From contig OX597814.1 in the NCBI GenBank assembly GCA_951406725.2, positions 73,160,001 to 73,224,000 on the forward strand: a stretch of 64,000 bases of DNA, in the 5' to 3' direction. The stretch is from Octopus vulgaris (lineage: Eukaryota). A program made the position numbers and the translations under genes. Positions within the stretch are counted from its first letter, which is position 1; each line of letters opens with the position of its first letter. Below, piece by piece: positions 23,273 through 35,693 of the stretch. The notes under the pieces were generated by a model. The model saw only the letters and a list, made by a program, of their open reading frames with translations, had not been told where the DNA came from and made no database searches.

Positions 23273-24382
23273 TGTTACGCCGCCACTCAGACCCAAGGCC
23301 TTCCGATTCCACCACGGGCCCTAAGTCGCGACGATGACACTCAGTAAACCGGAAAATCCACCACGAGAAGGGGGGAGGCGGCGAACGCAGCCAGGAACCA
23401 ACACAACAACAAAAGAAGAACACAGGCGGAAGTTGCGTAATTCAAACAATTTTTTTTTTTGACAAAACCAAAAGCATTCAAAACAAAGGTTGACAACATA
23501 ATACAGAGTTCGGAGAACAAATCATTTACATTTAAACATAATACAGATTTCGAAAAACAAATCATTTAACGTTTGACACAATACAGTTCGAAAAACAAAT
23601 CATTTTACATTTAACACAAGGTTCACAATCAACAGTCTCTTAGAGCTCCACTTTCCTCTTACTTTACCACGACAGTTCTCAAAAAGTTCCTTCTCATTTT
23701 CAAGTTCTTTTATTTTCTTCCTTTTCTTTTCTTTAAAAAACAGCCAACTACACGCTTTTTTTTTCTTTTCAACGGTTACGTCAGAGCCTCATCTTTTTTT
23801 TTTTTCATTTCAACAATAAATCGTCTCTTCTCTTCCTTTTTTTTCTTTTTTTTACATTTAAACATCAAAATTCAAAACACAATTAAAAAAACATTACCGC
23901 ATGTTCCACGCCTGCAACACTCCCTGAACATCACAATCCCCACTATAGTAGTCCAGCTTCTTTACGTGTCTCTCTCTGCCCCTTCACTGTCATCTTCCTT
24001 ACTACCTCTCGTCCTGTTATCTCTCACACTCACTGTCTGTCTGTCTCTAGACCCTGACTGTCATCTTCTTGGCTGCCTCTCGCCGACTCAAACTTTTACT
24101 TAATGCTAGCCGTATTTATAACGGCCAGCAGCTAGAAGAAGAAAGATATCGATGACAGCAGTGTGTAGATTCCCTCCCAACATTTTAATTTTTAAAAAAA
24201 CTTTCCGTGACCGTGTGGGGGTCATAGATCACTTCCTAGGGCCATTAATAAACGTGCTCTTTGACAGGACATAGGAAATACCATTGTCCTGAACAACTGG
24301 AGCGCCAGTTCGATTCCCACTAATGGAACAAGGGGCATAATGTTTTTTTTTGTTCGTTTACATTTTCCTTGCGTCCGTAACA
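23273..24382. mobile_element. Probable solo LTR (about 1.1 kb)
   Basis: TGTTACG...CGTAACA termini, non-coding interior, flanked by atat/atat within a TA microsatellite. Confidence 0.6.
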
Positions 24383-24410
24383 ATATATATATATATATAT
24401 ATATACATAC

Positions 24411-24481
<71 letters not shown>

Positions 24482-24645
24482 TATATTATATACACAAATA
24501 AGAAAATGGAGCAACAAATTCGTTTCGATCATCAACTTACGGATATTACAATTTCATGGGTACTTTACCAGCAGTATATTGGATAACTGATATCCCATAG
24601 TGGGTTACCTTCATAACCCCTATCGTACTTTGTATTTTATTTATA

Positions 24646-24678
<33 letters not shown>

Positions 24679-25749
24679 CTGCGTGTGTGCGCGTGTATGT
24701 GTGTGTATATATATATATATATATACACATGCAGCGGGTTGAGATAGCAAATGAAATAAGCGCGTGGACGACATCAAAGTAAAATAATGGGAAAGTATCG
24801 GATTGTGGTTTAAATAATTTATTTAATCGACACTTGTATTTACGTGTTGTATGCACAAAGAAATCCGCTACATGACATTACCAACTTACTTTGAGTTGGC
24901 AAAGTAGACAATAAACAGGAGAAATATTATGTCGATGTGATGAGATAGAACCGGGCATGTTTTGTGTCTGTGTGTGCGTTGGTCATTCGGTCGTGTCTGT
25001 GTATGTTCTGCGACTGCTACTGTGTTGGATCGTTCATGCTGAGTATGTGGTTCTGTGTTGGCTTCTTGACTGGCGCAAGTTAATTGCTGGCTGTCGACGG
25101 TTTGCCGCTTGCTGGCTGTCTGCTCATCTGTCGTGTCTGACTGTATTTATCATGGTCATCCCAGTTAGAAGGACAGATATACCACAGGAGTAATTTCTAC
25201 CTCTGTGGGTCGCCTCCTTTCCACTTGAACCTTAAATGACACAGCTCAGGTCGAAGAGAAAGCCATCCATCATATTTTAACAGGACAAAGAAATTTCTTT
25301 CGCGCCTGTTTGGCCAGTGGTGGATCAGACGAGTAAGAATCTTTAGATTCGGTTTCGTATCTCAGCTCGGAAAAAGAAAGTATTAGTTTTTACACTACTC
25401 CCCGTCTAGTGAGAAAGTCACAGAGATCGAACGATATAGATGCGTGTGATATTGAAAATGTGTGATTTTGTGGGTAATGTAGAAAAATGAATACAGTGTC
25501 ACTTACAAACAAATGAATACATGTCAAAAATATGTGAAGTGAAAGAAATAAAAAAAAATGTAAAGCAAAAAATCAACGTTCAGAGTTGATGTGAGCAATA
25601 TATGTTAGGCGGAAGCATAAATGTAATATCCTGGCGCGTTGAAAGAGATATGCAACTCTATTGATTACGTGAGCCACTAGAGGTCTAATAGAGGTGAGTT
25701 GTCTTTCAGTAGCGCGGAGAGCAGGTGATAGCACACATGAAAATATGAG

Positions 25750-27100
25750 TGGTGCAAGTGCCCAATAGGAGAAAGTTGCTGGCTAGCGAGAAAATCTGTC
25801 AACACAAGTGAGCAAGTGAGTGTAGTTGCTGGAAGGAGGCAAGAGTCCAACGATGTCAATATGCACGTGTTGAAAACGTGCATCTGGAGTTGCAAAGGAA
25901 CCGATGGGAGATTTAATGTGTCGGTGAACTTTTACTTTTTGACACACGACGCAGGTCGTACTCCAAACAAGGTCCTTGTTGATGTTGAGCCACATGAAAC
26001 GGGTCAATATCAGCTTTTGTGTGGCGCGGACACCAGGATGTGCTACAGAATGCAAAGCAGAGAAAACGGCACATCTATGTTTCTACGGCACATATGGACG
26101 TTCATGACTGGTGGAGTTGTCGCACCAAATATAGCCTGTAGCAGAGGGTATCGGTGATTGCTGACATTTCAGAGATGACAAATTCTGGAGCTGTAATAGT
26201 CCTTCATCTTGTTAATCAGCTGCAATCTGCTGGTGATCAATGGTAGTAGTGGTGTTGATAGCGTTAAGTTCCAGGCGTGACAGGGCATCAGCTGCAGAGT
26301 TGTTTGCACTCTTGATGTGGAGAATGTCTGTCGTGTACTGTGATATGAAGTCTAGATGTCGGACTTCCCTGGGTGAGTGACGATCGGGCTTGGCGTGGAA
26401 GGCCAGCAGTTTATGGTCGGTATAAATGGAGAAAACGCGACCTTCCAGCATGTGTCGAAAATGCTTGACAGCGAGATACACTGCCAGTTATTCTCGACCG
26501 AAGGAACTGTATTTAGTCTCAGCGGATTTTAAGTGCGTGGAGAAGAAGGATACAGGTTGCCAAATACCATCAGTGAGTTGTTGGAGCACATCTCCAACTC
26601 CGGAATCGGATGCATCAACTAGTACACACAGTGTGGCATCTGGTTTGGGATACACTAGCATGGTAGCGTTGAATAATGCTTTTTTTCAAGTTAGTGAAAG
26701 AGGCAAGTTGTTCTTCACTCAGGGCAATGTTTTTATTTTTGCTTGTTCGCTATCGCAGCAAATCTGTGAGTGGTTGGGCTGTCTCTGCACAGTGGGGTAA
26801 AAATCTCCGGTAGAAATTCACCAAGCCAAAAAATTCCCACAATTTGCGGAGAGATGTGGGTAGTGGAAAATCCACGATGGCTTTGACTTTCTCGGGAAAT
26901 GGGCGAACACGGGTGCAGAAATGCGCGATTCCATGCTCGTTTTCAGCATCCCCTTCAGGAAACGACACAGCCAGGAATTGAATACGAGGGAAGTTCCTGG
27001 CTCTCACCTACAAAGTCGCCTGTTTTTCGTTTGCAATCGTGTAACAAGCACGCGTTTCCTTGTTGACACTGGCACAGAAGTCAGCATAATCCCTGTTTCC
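25750..27100 (-). mobile_element. Degenerate, rearranged Gypsy internal fragment
   Basis: Minus strand: EKVKAIVDFP..FFGLVNFYRRF, RNase H (AVKHFRHMLEG..IYTDHK) and integrase (HPGVRAT, FQHVHIDIVG). Plus strand about 27010-27095: protease FLVDTGTEVSIIP. Confidence 0.85.
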
Positions 27101-27404
27101 TGCACTTCAGTTAGTTGGCGAATATACTTCACGATGTCGCGCTGCTACTGTTTATATCTCGCTCAGAGAGTTATTAAATGTCATTTATATTTCTTTCTTT
27201 CGCATTTCCTTTCATCATTAGTAAGTGTTAATTTACATTTCTTCCTTTTCTCTATGCATGTTGCAATATTTCTGCTCTTTGATTTCGGTCCTTTGATGCG
27301 ACGTTGCTTTTGTTATATCTACATTCCTCACACATAAATAGATAACAAAAACAATGTCGTAACTTGAGAAAAGCCTTGCATATTTATAATGTGCAAGTTA
27401 TGTA

Positions 27405-28673
27405 CGAGGGACGTTCAATAAGTAATGCCCCTGACCCACTTGCAATTGTTTGATCTAGCTGAAAGTTTGCATGTGCAATTATTTATATCTCTACAGATTA
27501 AGTGGCAAATTACAGCTCTGAACTAATTGTGGTGTCTGATTTACAGGTGTTTGAACTGAGTCAAATGTGAACTGAGTCAGTGATCCGGTTTTTGTATTTG
27601 AAAGGACGCACACGACAGGAGACTTTTGATGAAATGAAAGTAACTCATGGTGATGATGCCCCATCATATGGCCTTGTAAAACACTGGCATCGTGAATTCA
27701 AACATGGTCGGAAACAACACCCAGATCTGGTCGTCCAACCTCTGCCATTGATGAGGCATCTGTCCGTCAAGTTGAGGCTGCCATTTTGGAAGATCGACGC
27801 ATAACTATTCGCCAAATAGCTCATGAGGTCAAGATTAGTACCGGGTCTGTGGAAACTATCATTCATAACCATTTGCATATGCAAAAGGTGTCTGCCAGAT
27901 GGATTCCCAGGTTGCTCACACCTTTCCAGAAGCAAGAATGCGTCGAGTGCTCGAGGATGAATTTGGAGATGTGCCAAGAAGATGAGTCAAAATTTTTCAA
28001 AAGACTGTCTACATAGGATGAAACCTGCGTCCATCACTATGATCCAGAGAGCAAAGCCCAGTCAATGCAGTGGAAGCACCGTGACTCACCTCCTCCAAAG
28101 AAGGCAAGGGTGCAGCCCTCCGCTGGCAAGGTCATGCTCACAGTCTTCTGAGACCAGGACGGAGTAGTGATGACAGATTTCCTAGCAAAGGGTACCACAT
28201 TTACAGGAGCCTATTATGCTTCAGTTTTGAGGAAATTAAGAGAAGCTATCAAAATCAAGAGGCGGGGCAAGATCAGCAAAGGCATCCTCTACTTGCAGGA
28301 CAACGCTCCGGTCCACAACTCGCGTGTCGCCAGATCAGAAGCACAGGCGTGCGGCTATGAACTCCTCCTCCATCCCCCCTACTCTCCTGACCTTGCACCC
28401 TCTGATTTTCACCTCTTCCCAGCCATGAAGTTGTTTTTGAAAGGAAAGCGTTTCCCAGATGATGCAGCCTTGATTTCTGAAGTCACGTCGTGGTTGGAGG
28501 ACCAAGCTGGGGTCTTCTACAAAAACGGTCTTCAGAGCTGCATCAAACGATGGGAGAAATGCGCAACTCTGTGTGGTTCCTATGTAGAAAAAAAGATTAA
28601 TAACTGTGCCAAGTTTCGTTGCTCTACTGCTATGGGAAGTGGGTCAGGGGCATTACATATTGAACGCCCCTCG
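27405..28673 (+). mobile_element. Near full-length mariner (DD34D) element with a frameshifted transposase
   Basis: ~37-bp TIRs cgagggacgttcaataagtaatgcccctgacccact; TA TSD (27403-04 / 28674-75); motifs WIPRLLT, QDNAPVH, YSPDLAPSDFHLF. Confidence 0.95.
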
Positions 28674-28854
28674 TATGTATGTGTATGCAGTTAGGGTTCG
28701 TTCTTACCTGCTTCATTTGTGTATATAAATTTCCAAGAAGAAAACGAGATTGACGTCGAAAAAGCCGTGTTAGTGATATTCTATTTTGTTAACAGTTGAC
28801 AACAGATGCTGTCATTCAAATTCAAAACAGCACTTTTTTTTTTGTTGCTAAATT

Positions 28855-29100
28855 AAACCTCCAGAAGATCCTGACATCAACTGCAAACTTCTTCAGAAAC
28901 CATGATATTGACAGACTTTATCTCTTCAGATTAGTGCGGACAGCCTTTGAGTGATGTGTGATATCACTAAGACAACATCTATTAAATTCATCACCCATGT
29001 ACTCAAAAGTGAAGAGAATAACATCCTAAGAGTAGGCTCCTGAAAAAGTACTCACTTCTAAAGACCTGAAAGTGAAAACTCCCGCACACTGCAACAGTTT
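28855..29100 (+). mobile_element. R4/Dong-like non-LTR fragment
   Basis: KILTSTANFFRNHDIDRLYLFR, then SLRQHLLN in another frame, resembles the post-RT DIDRLY.PR..GGRGL region. Confidence 0.45.
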
Positions 29101-29521
29101 ATGCATAGCTACGTTTCGATCCTTGGTTATGAATCCGTTGTATATCTCCTACAAAGGTATAATGTAAATGTTGTATTCCTTATTACTTCATGATTTGTCA
29201 TGGCTCGTATTTAAAATCACTATGTAAAGAGGTTTCTCTGATCAATTTTTCTAATTAACAAACACTCCTATCACTTTTTACTAAAAATTTAAAATTTCAA
29301 AGCCCAAATTAAATATGATAGTAGCGTGCAGTCCAAAAAAATAGCATTATCGCCCACATTTGCCCAATCTGGCAAATCTACCCATACCTACTTCTGGGTT
29401 TCTTATCAACTGAAGTTCTTTTTTCTTTTCTTTTTTTTCCCCTGATAATGGAAGCTTCTTTACATAGCGAATATAAATACGAACCAAGACAAATCATAAA
29501 AGTAATAAAAAAATATATACA

Positions 29522-29727
29522 TACTAATCGAAGTGTACAGTATTACATATCCATTTTGGCTGATCTTACCAATCGGTTTTGCACTAGGGGTTCAACGGAG
29601 CGTTAGGTAACAGTCTGATTATGTAATCGTGCGCTCTTCAGAGATGGCAGTTACGGAATCCCTAGTGCGAAACCGATTGGTAAGATCAGCTGTAATGGAT
29701 ATATAATATTGTGCACTTAGATTAATA
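29522..29727. mobile_element. MITE-like inverted repeat (~68-bp arms)
   Basis: gctgatcttaccaatcggttttgcactaggg / ccctagtgcgaaaccgattggtaagatcagc, with extended flanking pairing. Confidence 0.7.
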
Positions 29728-29790
29728 TACCCACTCTACTGACAGATATAGGAGTGCATTTTTTCCTGACTTATGTATTCGTAGACGACT

Positions 29791-29799
29791 TACACGCAC

Positions 29800-29864
<65 letters not shown>

Positions 29865-30640
29865 TCGATTAGAGGTTGTGTTAACCTCATGAGGGGATGG
29901 TTTCATCCAAAGAAATACTGGTTCAATAACTAGTATTTTGGAGGAATTCATTTCCTTAAAATAATAGGTGTATATTCTGTTGTGTCTGGGGAGAGTCATT
30001 TCCTTTTTGTGCCTTATAATATAACACACTCACCGGTAAAATCTCCACTTTTTTCTTATTTTAATTTTCCTAAAATTTTCATTGCGTCTTGCAACCTTTT
30101 CAATAGTTTTGACTCTGTCCGTTATTTACACTGCGTTCCCTTTTGTTTGTGCGCATTTGTGTGGGTCAGTGTTTGTGTGTGTGTGCCTATACATGCATGC
30201 ATATACATATGTATGTGTGTGTTTGCATGTGTATGTATGTATATATGTGTGTATGCATATGTATATATGTATGTATGTGTGTGCATCTGTATGTACGTAT
30301 CCTGCATATTTATGTGCATGCATGTCCGTGTTTGTGTATTTTCTATGTATGTGTGTGTGAGAGCATGTGTTTGTATATATGTGCGCCTCTGTCTCCTTGT
30401 TTGTGCATGTCTGTGTGTGTGTGTGTTATGCAACAATCTACCATGTTTGTCTGTATGGATGTGCATCTTTATATGTGTGGATCCGTGTCTCCATATGTGT
30501 CTGTTCTTATAGCCTATGTACCTATCCGTCTGTATGTTCATCTGTTTATTTATTTATTTTTTTCTGTCTATGTGCTTACATACGGAAAAAAAAAGAAAAG
30601 GGGGGGAGGTGCACTCACACACACATACATACATTTATCT
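29791..30640. repeat. (CA)n and degenerate TG/TA compound microsatellites
   Basis: Direct inspection; these explain the C/V/Y/M-rich spurious ORFs. Other (TA)n tracts lie at 24383-24490, 37406-37455 and 55375-55510. Confidence 0.95.
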
Positions 30641-30706
30641 ACCTAACAGTCCACTAACTATTCTACTCTACCTGTGTAAACTGTGGGTATGGAGTTATGG
30701 TATTTA

Positions 30707-31400
30707 CTATGTATATTTCCTATTTAGTATTGTGGAGGTTTCATTTATAAGGATGTACTCCCGTATTTGTCTGAGTGTTGGGTCTTTTGGGTGCTTGGAT
30801 AAGATGCGGATGTTAAGTTGACCCAAGTTACCTCCGTGGTGGTCTTTGGCATGTTGGTAGAGTATGGAGGACTGTTTTCTGTCGTCATATTGTCTTATAT
30901 GTTCATTTATCTGTTCCGCAATGCTCCTAGACGTCTTCCCTATGTACGTCATGTTCACGTCCTTACAAGCACTTTCTATGCATCTTATGCTGTAAACTAC
31001 ATTTCGAGTTCTACAGTTAATGCCAGGGCTAATCCTACATACCATGCAGTTATCATTGGTGCATATGGTATTCTTAAACGGGTACGTCCTACATAGTTGT
31101 GATCTGACGGAGTTCCCTGGCTTTTCAACAATTCTAATGTTGAGTTTGGTCTCCTTCAGAGCTTTTCTAAATCTACGGGCTAGTTCTCCATGGGCTGTGG
31201 CCTCTACAAACATCACTCCTTGATATTTGTCGGTTTTATACCACTGTTTGCTTTGTCACAAGTTCTTTATATTCTATTCCATTCTTTGTTTCTATATCTA
31301 GGGCAGGCACCACTGGTATCATTACGTATAATGTTATCTAATTTCTTTCTAGCCCCCCTGTATACCCGAACCCTATCTTTTTGATCATATCCATGCGGTG
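30707..31400 (-). mobile_element. Penelope-like element fragment (GIY-YIG endonuclease)
   Basis: C..C..C, NVVYSIRC...YIGKTSRS...INEH...LYQH in ORF 30707..31216. Confidence 0.8.
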
Positions 31401-31419
31401 TATGAAGTTCTGGATATGA

Positions 31420-33155
31420 AATGAAATGAAGAAACATATACAGGAATATTTCGTTCAGGATACGTACAACTTTATTTGCAATACCTGTCTTCATTTCCCT
31501 CCATATGGCCATCCGACTCGATCCGGAGTCGAACATCGAGAGATATGTCCCCTACCGGTTGTGTGTCATATCCACCGCCAATTACTTTCAGATGGATTGA
31601 CACTTATCACAGCTCCCGGCCACTTTTTGAATGCTCTGCCTAGTGACGTTGGAGTCAACCCTTCTGGTAAGATACAGGATTCTATCCACGCCCATATAAT
31701 GCATGACATGCAGTCTCCTTAGTTCCGAGTCACTTCACCGACACGCTGCAGCTATTCCCCGCTCTGAATCTTCCGGCACCGCCAACTAGGCACTTTCAAC
31801 CTGGTTAGAATGTGTAACATATTCCTTTCTGAGGGCACAAATATTCCTTTGTGGGCACAAATATTCCTGAGGGCTCAGCTTCAACCAAATTCGGCGGCGG
31901 CGCTTTACTAACATCTCTGCAGCCCCTTTGGTTCGAACCCTCTTTTCATCGGTGATCACTGATCCTACCCATCCAAGCACAGTAGCCGAATCGGTTCGGG
32001 TTTCGATGGAGCGCAGCCCCCATCTCAGGGCCAGAGTCACCCGCTTCAGCACAGCGTTCAGCACTGTGGTTGTAATCAACTGCTTTTCAGAGTCAGGCTG
32101 CGTCCTCCTCTTCGACACCTCCGATTTCCAGGACAACTCTTAACGCTATGCTGCTAGCATCGCACCATACAGTCCCGTTCTTCAATTTGGGCACAAACCA
32201 GCTGCATGTATCTTGATGTAGCTGCATGTTGTTCGAAGCTGCCCTGCGATTGGATAGTGACCCAGTAGTCTTCCACATATCGAGAATAGTTCTCGTCTGT
32301 TGACGCTGGTGTCCAGTTCCGGGATCTCATTCCCTCTCTGAAATACCAACACACCTGTTGTGTCTCTTTGAAGCTTGAGCCCCAGTACAGCTCCTCCAAC
32401 CATTGGCTCCGGTGGTTTCGCAGTCTGCCCGAGCCTCTTTAGGTGACTTATGACCTCTGTGGGAGACACTACAGTCTGGTCTACCAAGATGTTGTCTATA
32501 TAGGAATTAGTGGTTTTTTTGTACCTTTTCCACTTTTCCCAGGATAGATTTGAGCTATGATTTTTGGCGTAGAATTCAGCCCGAAACCCAGCCTAATCAA
32601 ACAGTATGTCTGGCCCTTATATCGCACCAACTGATACTGTCACAGTTTCTCACTCAAATGGATACCTTCCTTGATCCATCTATCTACCTATCTTTCAAAT
32701 TCATTCCTGTCATCTCTTTTCAAAGTATACCGATAACAGCTCAGCCTGTCTTCTGCATCGGGGGTTGCCCTTTCCAGCGCCACTCTACCGTCCACCGCCT
32801 GAAAATCTTTATTCTCAATGGTGTAAATAGTCCTATCTTCCGCGGAGCTCTTCTCTCTCTCATGTTGGAGACTCATAGCGCATGACGCCCCTAAACCACC
32901 AAATGAAACCATGTCTCCACTGACACCTTCAAGGCAGTTGATCAATGCCCATCAGTACATCAATTCCGTCTACCACATGGTCGATCATAATCATCCGCAG
33001 CCTCAATGCTGTGCCATGCACCGCTATCTCCACTTCGCTGCTATCCTTACATCTAATTTCACTGCCATCGACCGCCCGAACACTACTTGTCCCCTTTCAT
33101 TTTTTGTCACCAGCACGCTTACAGCGTTGCCGCGGGTGATGGCGAGGCCGATGCG
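31420..33155 (-). mobile_element. Degenerate LTR-retrotransposon pol remnant (Gypsy-like)
   Basis: Fragmented RT, RNase H (VWCDASSIAL; TDSATV) and integrase HHCC (LHVMHYMG..CDKCQS), with many stops and frameshifts. Confidence 0.75.
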
Positions 33156-33575
33156 CTAGAACAGCCAAGCGTCCTCACCAGTTACCTCTGCCATGCGAGT
33201 TGCCAGTGAAGACAGGAATCTCGCAGTTAGTGGTCCGACGCCACCAAACGTCCCGAACGCCACAGGATGAAAGATGTAATTGGCCGACAGATCGGGGTAT
33301 TTCAGGATTTTGTTCCGCTTGGCTGCAGCATCCAGGATGTGAGAAGAAGCAAAGGAGTCGCTAACTGATATCCCAGACAAGGCATCTGCCTTGCAACCAA
33401 AGGCACAAGGTGAGGCCGTCAGGTCTCTTCCCATCACGTCTGGACAATCCAGATGCTTCCAAGATGGAGAGGATATTTGCCCGGGCCAAGCTTCTCTTGA
33501 GTATCAGGTTCAACTCCGTATGACGCACAAAGCGACCAGCATTCAGGCAGCAAGAAAGGCCATGGAGGCCTAGTG
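33156..33575 (-). mobile_element. CRE-clade non-LTR retrotransposon 3' fragment (restriction-like endonuclease)
   Basis: Reads HGLSC...RH..LN, RDGKRPDGLT...LVWD, then K..KY..L..NYIFHPVAF.TFG across a frameshift. Confidence 0.75.
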
Positions 33576-35349
33576 ATGTGGGTGTTTGTTAATTAGAACT
33601 TCCGAACTCAGTTTAAGACATACAAATGAAGTAATGTTTATTTGAATAATTCACAAACAATTAACTAATAAAGTGCTTTTTGAATTGCTTTCTGGGTATT
33701 TTTTAGTAAACTAATTTTACAAAGATAAAAGTATATTTTTCTGTTGATCTGTCCGAATGTAACATATACAGATAGAGAAACAGGAAAAGTGATGGTATAA
33801 CTGGTTTTTAAGGATACTAATTAACATATCTTTTTAAAATTATTTGTTTACCTTTCAGTAATATCTCGTTTTATGTCTATACAATTGCAAACGACAGCAT
33901 TATACGGTAAACCCCAAGTAAACTGTTTGCAAGTTCAGAAGAGATCATTTGAAATTCCAAACGTGGTGCAATTTTTACCTGTGATGAAATTCCTATTGTT
34001 TCGGGCTTACTGTTGTTTTCCTTTCCCTTTGTTGTCGCTTTCTTTTCTATATAGAAATTTCAAGGAAAATTATTGCAATTGACATACGAACCTAGACAGT
34101 TTTCTTTCATTAATCGAAAGAAAACGTAGATTATTATAGCTTCGGCGAACTTATTATTTGAAAGTATAAAGGAAATTTAAAGAAAGCTATGATGTCTTTG
34201 CGATATGAGTTTTACGTTTTAAACACTTTATATATTTGTCGTGGAATTTAAGGTAGGTTTACTTTTCCGTCAAGTTTAAGATCGAAATAAACTAAATATT
34301 ATACTAGCTTCTATGTTATATAAGGAGGGTAAAGGTTTCAGCCAGCCGAGAATATCTTCCAGTTTTTATCGTTGATTCCTTAGCTGTGTGATTGAAAAAA
34401 ACAGTTTAAAATTAAAATCAATGATTTATGTTTCAATTATTAAATGAGAGGTAACCTATTGTATTCTTTCTAAATTGCAGTTTTTGATTAGAAGGGAAAA
34501 AGCTTCAATTTTGCAAATTTGTATTGAAAATAAAATTTATTTGATTTATTTACAGGACTTTAAATCGTATTATTGGAAAGAGTCAATTGCGTCTTAGGTG
34601 TGATTCAAATAAAACTTGAGTATTTTCTTGTGAACGTATACTGAAATAAAGGTATGAAGAGTTGGTATGGTTTTTATTCTGTTAATTTCATATTGTGCAA
34701 AACTAGTTGGAATAGGGTTATCATCGAAATAAAACGCCGGTACTCACGCACTCAGAGTGGACCGCAACAAAACACCAAAGTAAGCATTAAAATAGATTTG
34801 GAAAGGAAAAGCCTGGACAGTCAAAGAACAGATGAAGGTAAACTAAGAGAAATGCATCATTTATGAGGTAAGAGAGTTGCTATGGACTGGTCTAGTGTCG
34901 AAGCTTTCTTTCCCAAATGGGAAAATAAAGTAAATAAATAAAGTAAATTAGTTAATAGAAGATGTTTTGAATATTAAAGGAATTGGGATAGTTTTATCAA
35001 TTAAGAACTCATTTAGTATAAAAATATATTCAAAGTACTTGGTTACATGTTCAATAGCAAATATCCAAATAACTAACTCGGCTCAATTACAGAAGAGTGA
35101 AACGAAATTCACATTTCATTTTACAGATCCAGTTTTACCTAGTTCTATTTTAATATTTATATAAAGCGATAAAACTGTCAAACACTATGTCATATACTAT
35201 ATTCAATATTTGAAATATAGATACAGCAATAATGAAATGTTTCTAATTTTCTTGTATTATTCCGCCAAACTTTATTCTCTTATTTCATTACACCAAAATG
35301 TAGTTTTGATAAATATAATAAATATGACAAAATTAATTTAGTGAATGCT

Positions 35350-35450
35350 TTCGTTTCAGCGTGTTCACGTGATCATAAGGCTTACCGCCATATTCTCATG
35401 GCCGCTGCTGGAAAAGCAGCAAATAGCGGTATATTTATTCTCTTTCAGAT
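35350..35450. promoter_or_regulatory. Probable EDC4 (possibly bidirectional) promoter
   Basis: CpG-containing patch in AT-rich DNA with an E-box TCACGTGA and YY1-like CCGCCATATT and CATGGCCG motifs, about 250-340 nt upstream of the EDC4 ATG. Confidence 0.5.
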
Positions 35451-35693
35451 ACAAAAAGAAAATCAGTACCATTTGTCTTATTCAAACATCTTTTTATTTT
35501 TGTCCTCTTTTTTTTCTAATTCATTTTTCAATATTACCAGTATTTTATTATTGAATTAAAAAATACAAACGGATTTCCCTTGAAGATAAAAAGACCAAAA
35601 CAAAGTAAACGATTGAAAGAAAATTCTTTTTTAAATTTGGAGATTATTTCAGAAGCTACTTGAATTCTGCAACAAAAACGCGATTCTAAACCT

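Noticed and set aside
28920-29020. Hairpin with minus-strand TGATGA...CTGA (C/D snoRNA, SECIS or pre-miRNA candidate)
   Set aside because: The plus strand translates to an R4/Dong-like LINE segment (DIDRLY, SLRQHLLN). I found no recognisable rRNA guide, and the SECIS geometry is wrong.
29790-30821. Numerous Cys/Val/Tyr-rich ORFs (also at 24222-24856 and 56045-56571)
   Set aside because: These are translations of dinucleotide microsatellites.
33801-33817. Minus-strand GTATCCTTAAAAACCAG as a second U12 signal
   Set aside because: No matching partner U12 site or coding exon found.
34748-34813. Selenoprotein or antizyme reading of MRIW...CCGPL-TGA
   Set aside because: No convincing downstream SECIS or homologous continuation, and no TCC-TGA frameshift site or antizyme ORF2.
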